Source: Patescibacteria group bacterium
Lineage (GTDB): Bacteria > Patescibacteriota > Patescibacteriia > PEXW01
Assembly (NCBI GenBank): GCA_041665345.1
Contig: JBAYJA010000003.1
Coordinates: 39,202-103,201, forward strand
DNA: 64,000 bases
Direction: 5' to 3'
Notes under the pieces: model-generated
What the model saw: the letters and a program-made list of their open reading frames with translations, nothing else
Database searches by the model: none
Told to the model about the DNA's origin: nothing
Shown: positions 62,309 through 64,000 of the stretch, piece by piece
Layout: each line of letters opens with the position of its first letter
Position numbering within the stretch: position 1 is the first letter of the stretch
Made by a program: the position numbers and the translations under genes

Positions 62309-64000
62309 TTAGCGACCGCTGCGGCCAGCGCGCTTGCGATCATTCGGATCCAGCAAGCGTTTGCGCACGCGGACACTCTTGGGTGTAACTTCGACCAGTT
62401 CATCACCGCCAATGTACTCCAGCGCAGCCTCTAAGGTGAGGAGACGGGCGGGTGCCAGCTGAATTGCTTCATCGGCGCCCGAGGCGCGCATGTTGGACAG
62501 GCGCTTGGACTTGCAAATGTTCACTTCAATATCCTCATCCCGGCTGTTTTGACCCACGACCATACCCTGGTACACCGGGGTGGCCGGGTTAATGAAGAGC
62601 ACGCCACGACCCTGGGCAGCTTCCAAACCGTAGGCATTTGCTTCCCCGGCTTCGGTGGCAATCAGGGAGCCATGCGGGAACGGGTTCATATCTCCGGCGG
62701 CTGGGCGGTAGCCTTCCACCAGGTGGTGCATGATGACTGTGCCGCGGGTGGCCGTGAGCAGTACGTTCTTCAGGCCAATCAGTCCACGGGTGGGAATTTG
62801 GTACTCCAGGTGCGCCTCGCCATTGGGTGTTACTTCCAAGTGCGTGAGCTCGGCACGGCGCTTTCCCACTTCGGCAATCACGTCGCCCTGGTTTGCTTCG
62901 GGCACATCAATGGTTAGCTCTTCCCAGGGTTCGTGGATGACGCCGTTCACCTCTTTGGTAATGACGCGTGGCTGTGCAATTTGCAATTCAAAGCCTTCGC
63001 GCCGCATGGTTTCAATGAGCACGCTTAGGTGGAGCTCGCCGCGACCCGAAACCAGGAATTGGTCTGAACCACTGGTCACTTCTACGCGAAGTGCAACGTT
63101 CGTTTCCAGCTCTTTGGCCAGCCGCGCTTGCAGGTGGCGGGAGGTCACAAACTTTCCTTCCTTGCCGGCAAAGGGACTGTTGTTCACCCCAAAGGTCATT
63201 TGAATGGTGGGTTCATCAATCGCCACCGGTGGCAAGGGGCTGGGGTTAACGGCGCTGGTGACGGTTTCACCAATCCGGATGTCATCAAAACCTGCCACGG
63301 CAACAATATCACCAACAGTTGCAGAGGGAACGCTCACCCGGTCAAGCCCGTGGTAGACCAGGAGATCCGTAGCTTTCGCTTTGGTTAAGGTTTTATCTAG
63401 ACGAGCAAGAGCAACTTCTTCAGCGCGGGTAATGGTGCCGGCCGTCACTTTGCCAATGCCCATGCGGCCTTTGTAATTATCGTACGCAATGGACAGGGTG
63501 AGGATTTGCAGGGGGGCGTTGGGGTCGCCTTTTGGCTCGGAGACGGTTTTGAGAATAGTTTCAAAAAGCGGTTGCATGTCCACGCCGGGGACGGCCATGT
63601 CCAAGGTAGCCTGCCCGTGGACGGCAGCGGTGTAGACAATGGGAAATTCCAGCTGCTCGTGCGTGGCGCCCAGCTCAACGAATAAATCAAATGTCCGGTT
63701 CACGACATGCTCCACTTGCGCGTCCTTTCGGTCAATTTTGTTGATGACCACAATGGCGCGGTGGCCCAGTTCCAGAGCTTTCCGGAGGACGAACTTGGTT
63801 TGGGGCATGGGGCCTTCTTTCGCGTCAATCAGCAGCAGCACACCGTCCACCATGCGCAGGGTTCGTTCCACTTCCCCGCCAAAGTCGGCGTGGCCAGGCG
63901 TGTCCACAATGTTTATCGTTGTATCGTGGTACACCACGCTAGCGTTCTTGGCCTTGATGGTAATGCCGCGTTCCCGCTCCAAATCCATGGAGTCCATGAT
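62309..64000 (-). CDS. typA: translational GTPase BipA/TypA (N-terminus beyond the window)
   Basis: ...RERGITIKAKNASV...VDTPGHADFGGEVER...INKIDR... are the G-domain motifs, with EF-G-like domains II, III and V. The ORF runs to the window edge, and the true start with the G1 P-loop lies outside. Confidence 0.9.
   Translation of the reverse strand: MMDSMDLERERGITIKAKNASVVYHDTTINIVDTPGHADFGGEVERTLRMVDGVLLLIDAKEGPMPQTKFVLRKALELGHRAIVVINKIDRKDAQVEHVVNRTFDLFVELGATHEQLEFPIVYTAAVHGQATLDMAVPGVDMQPLFETILKTVSEPKGDPNAPLQILTLSIAYDNYKGRMGIGKVTAGTITRAEEVALARLDKTLTKAKATDLLVYHGLDRVSVPSATVGDIVAVAGFDDIRIGETVTSAVNPSPLPPVAIDEPTIQMTFGVNNSPFAGKEGKFVTSRHLQARLAKELETNVALRVEVTSGSDQFLVSGRGELHLSVLIETMRREGFELQIAQPRVITKEVNGVIHEPWEELTIDVPEANQGDVIAEVGKRRAELTHLEVTPNGEAHLEYQIPTRGLIGLKNVLLTATRGTVIMHHLVEGYRPAAGDMNPFPHGSLIATEAGEANAYGLEAAQGRGVLFINPATPVYQGMVVGQNSRDEDIEVNICKSKRLSNMRASGADEAIQLAPARLLTLEAALEYIGGDELVEVTPKSVRVRKRLLDPNDRKRAGRSGR

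Noticed and set aside
1-64000. CRISPR arrays and cas genes
   Set aside because: No regularly spaced direct repeats of 25-40 nt with unique spacers were seen. The repeats present are irregular, in mixed orientation and separated by non-uniform distances.

Overview
This is a chromosomal replication-origin neighbourhood of a small-genome bacterium. The tsaE/tsaD genes, the short YidC, pilB, a LAATG-type sorting signal and many secreted proteins are compatible with a Patescibacteria/CPR-like organism, but that assignment is only inference.

Gene order and main blocks:
- dnaN and dnaA lie on the minus strand and rpmH-rnpA-yidD-yidC on the plus strand, with DnaA-box clusters in both flanking intergenic regions.
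- tsaE is followed by a 5.8-10.5 kb block of monocistronic secreted or membrane proteins. These are two paralogous 4-TM proteins, three double-CarboxypepD_reg proteins and a DUF1566 protein, each unit with an SD site and a promoter/terminator that were duplicated along with the gene.
- A DHH phosphoesterase, pilB and valS follow.
- A low-GC patch at 17.6-20.6 kb holds a radical SAM/SPASM enzyme next to two paralogous small membrane proteins with a conserved Cys-containing tail.
- tsaD and two NUDIX genes follow.
- An integrative element of about 8 kb with lower GC sits at 24.4-32.8 kb. Its large serine recombinase gene overlaps a tRNA-Glu(UUC) gene on the opposite strand. It carries a tightly overlapping operon of two PD-(D/E)xK nuclease-fold proteins (one fused to a SEC-C motif, one Mrr-like), a membrane-anchored topoisomerase-type zinc-ribbon protein, a Terminase_2-like HTH protein and a 406-aa unknown. 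This is a candidate antiviral defense island.
- Downstream are a PadR-HAAS pair and a polysaccharide locus: a fused NodB deacetylase-PG-binding-GT2 synthase, a GH46 chitosanase, a surface-anchored DUF11/SdrD-B repeat protein and a CBM-deacetylase.
- The window ends with hsp20, a DUF3006 protein, VanW, pepA, ruvB, SpoIID/LytB, a flippase-GT4-two O-antigen-ligase-like operon, and a partial bipA/typA at the right edge.

Four unusually long intergenic regions (43.1-43.7, 46.7-47.3 and 53.7-54.0 kb, plus a short copy at about 21.3 kb) share a family of G-rich/C-rich repeats and hairpins, including a nearly identical roughly 60-nt hairpin in inverted orientation. No CRISPR array, rRNA, tmRNA or RNase P RNA was recognised.
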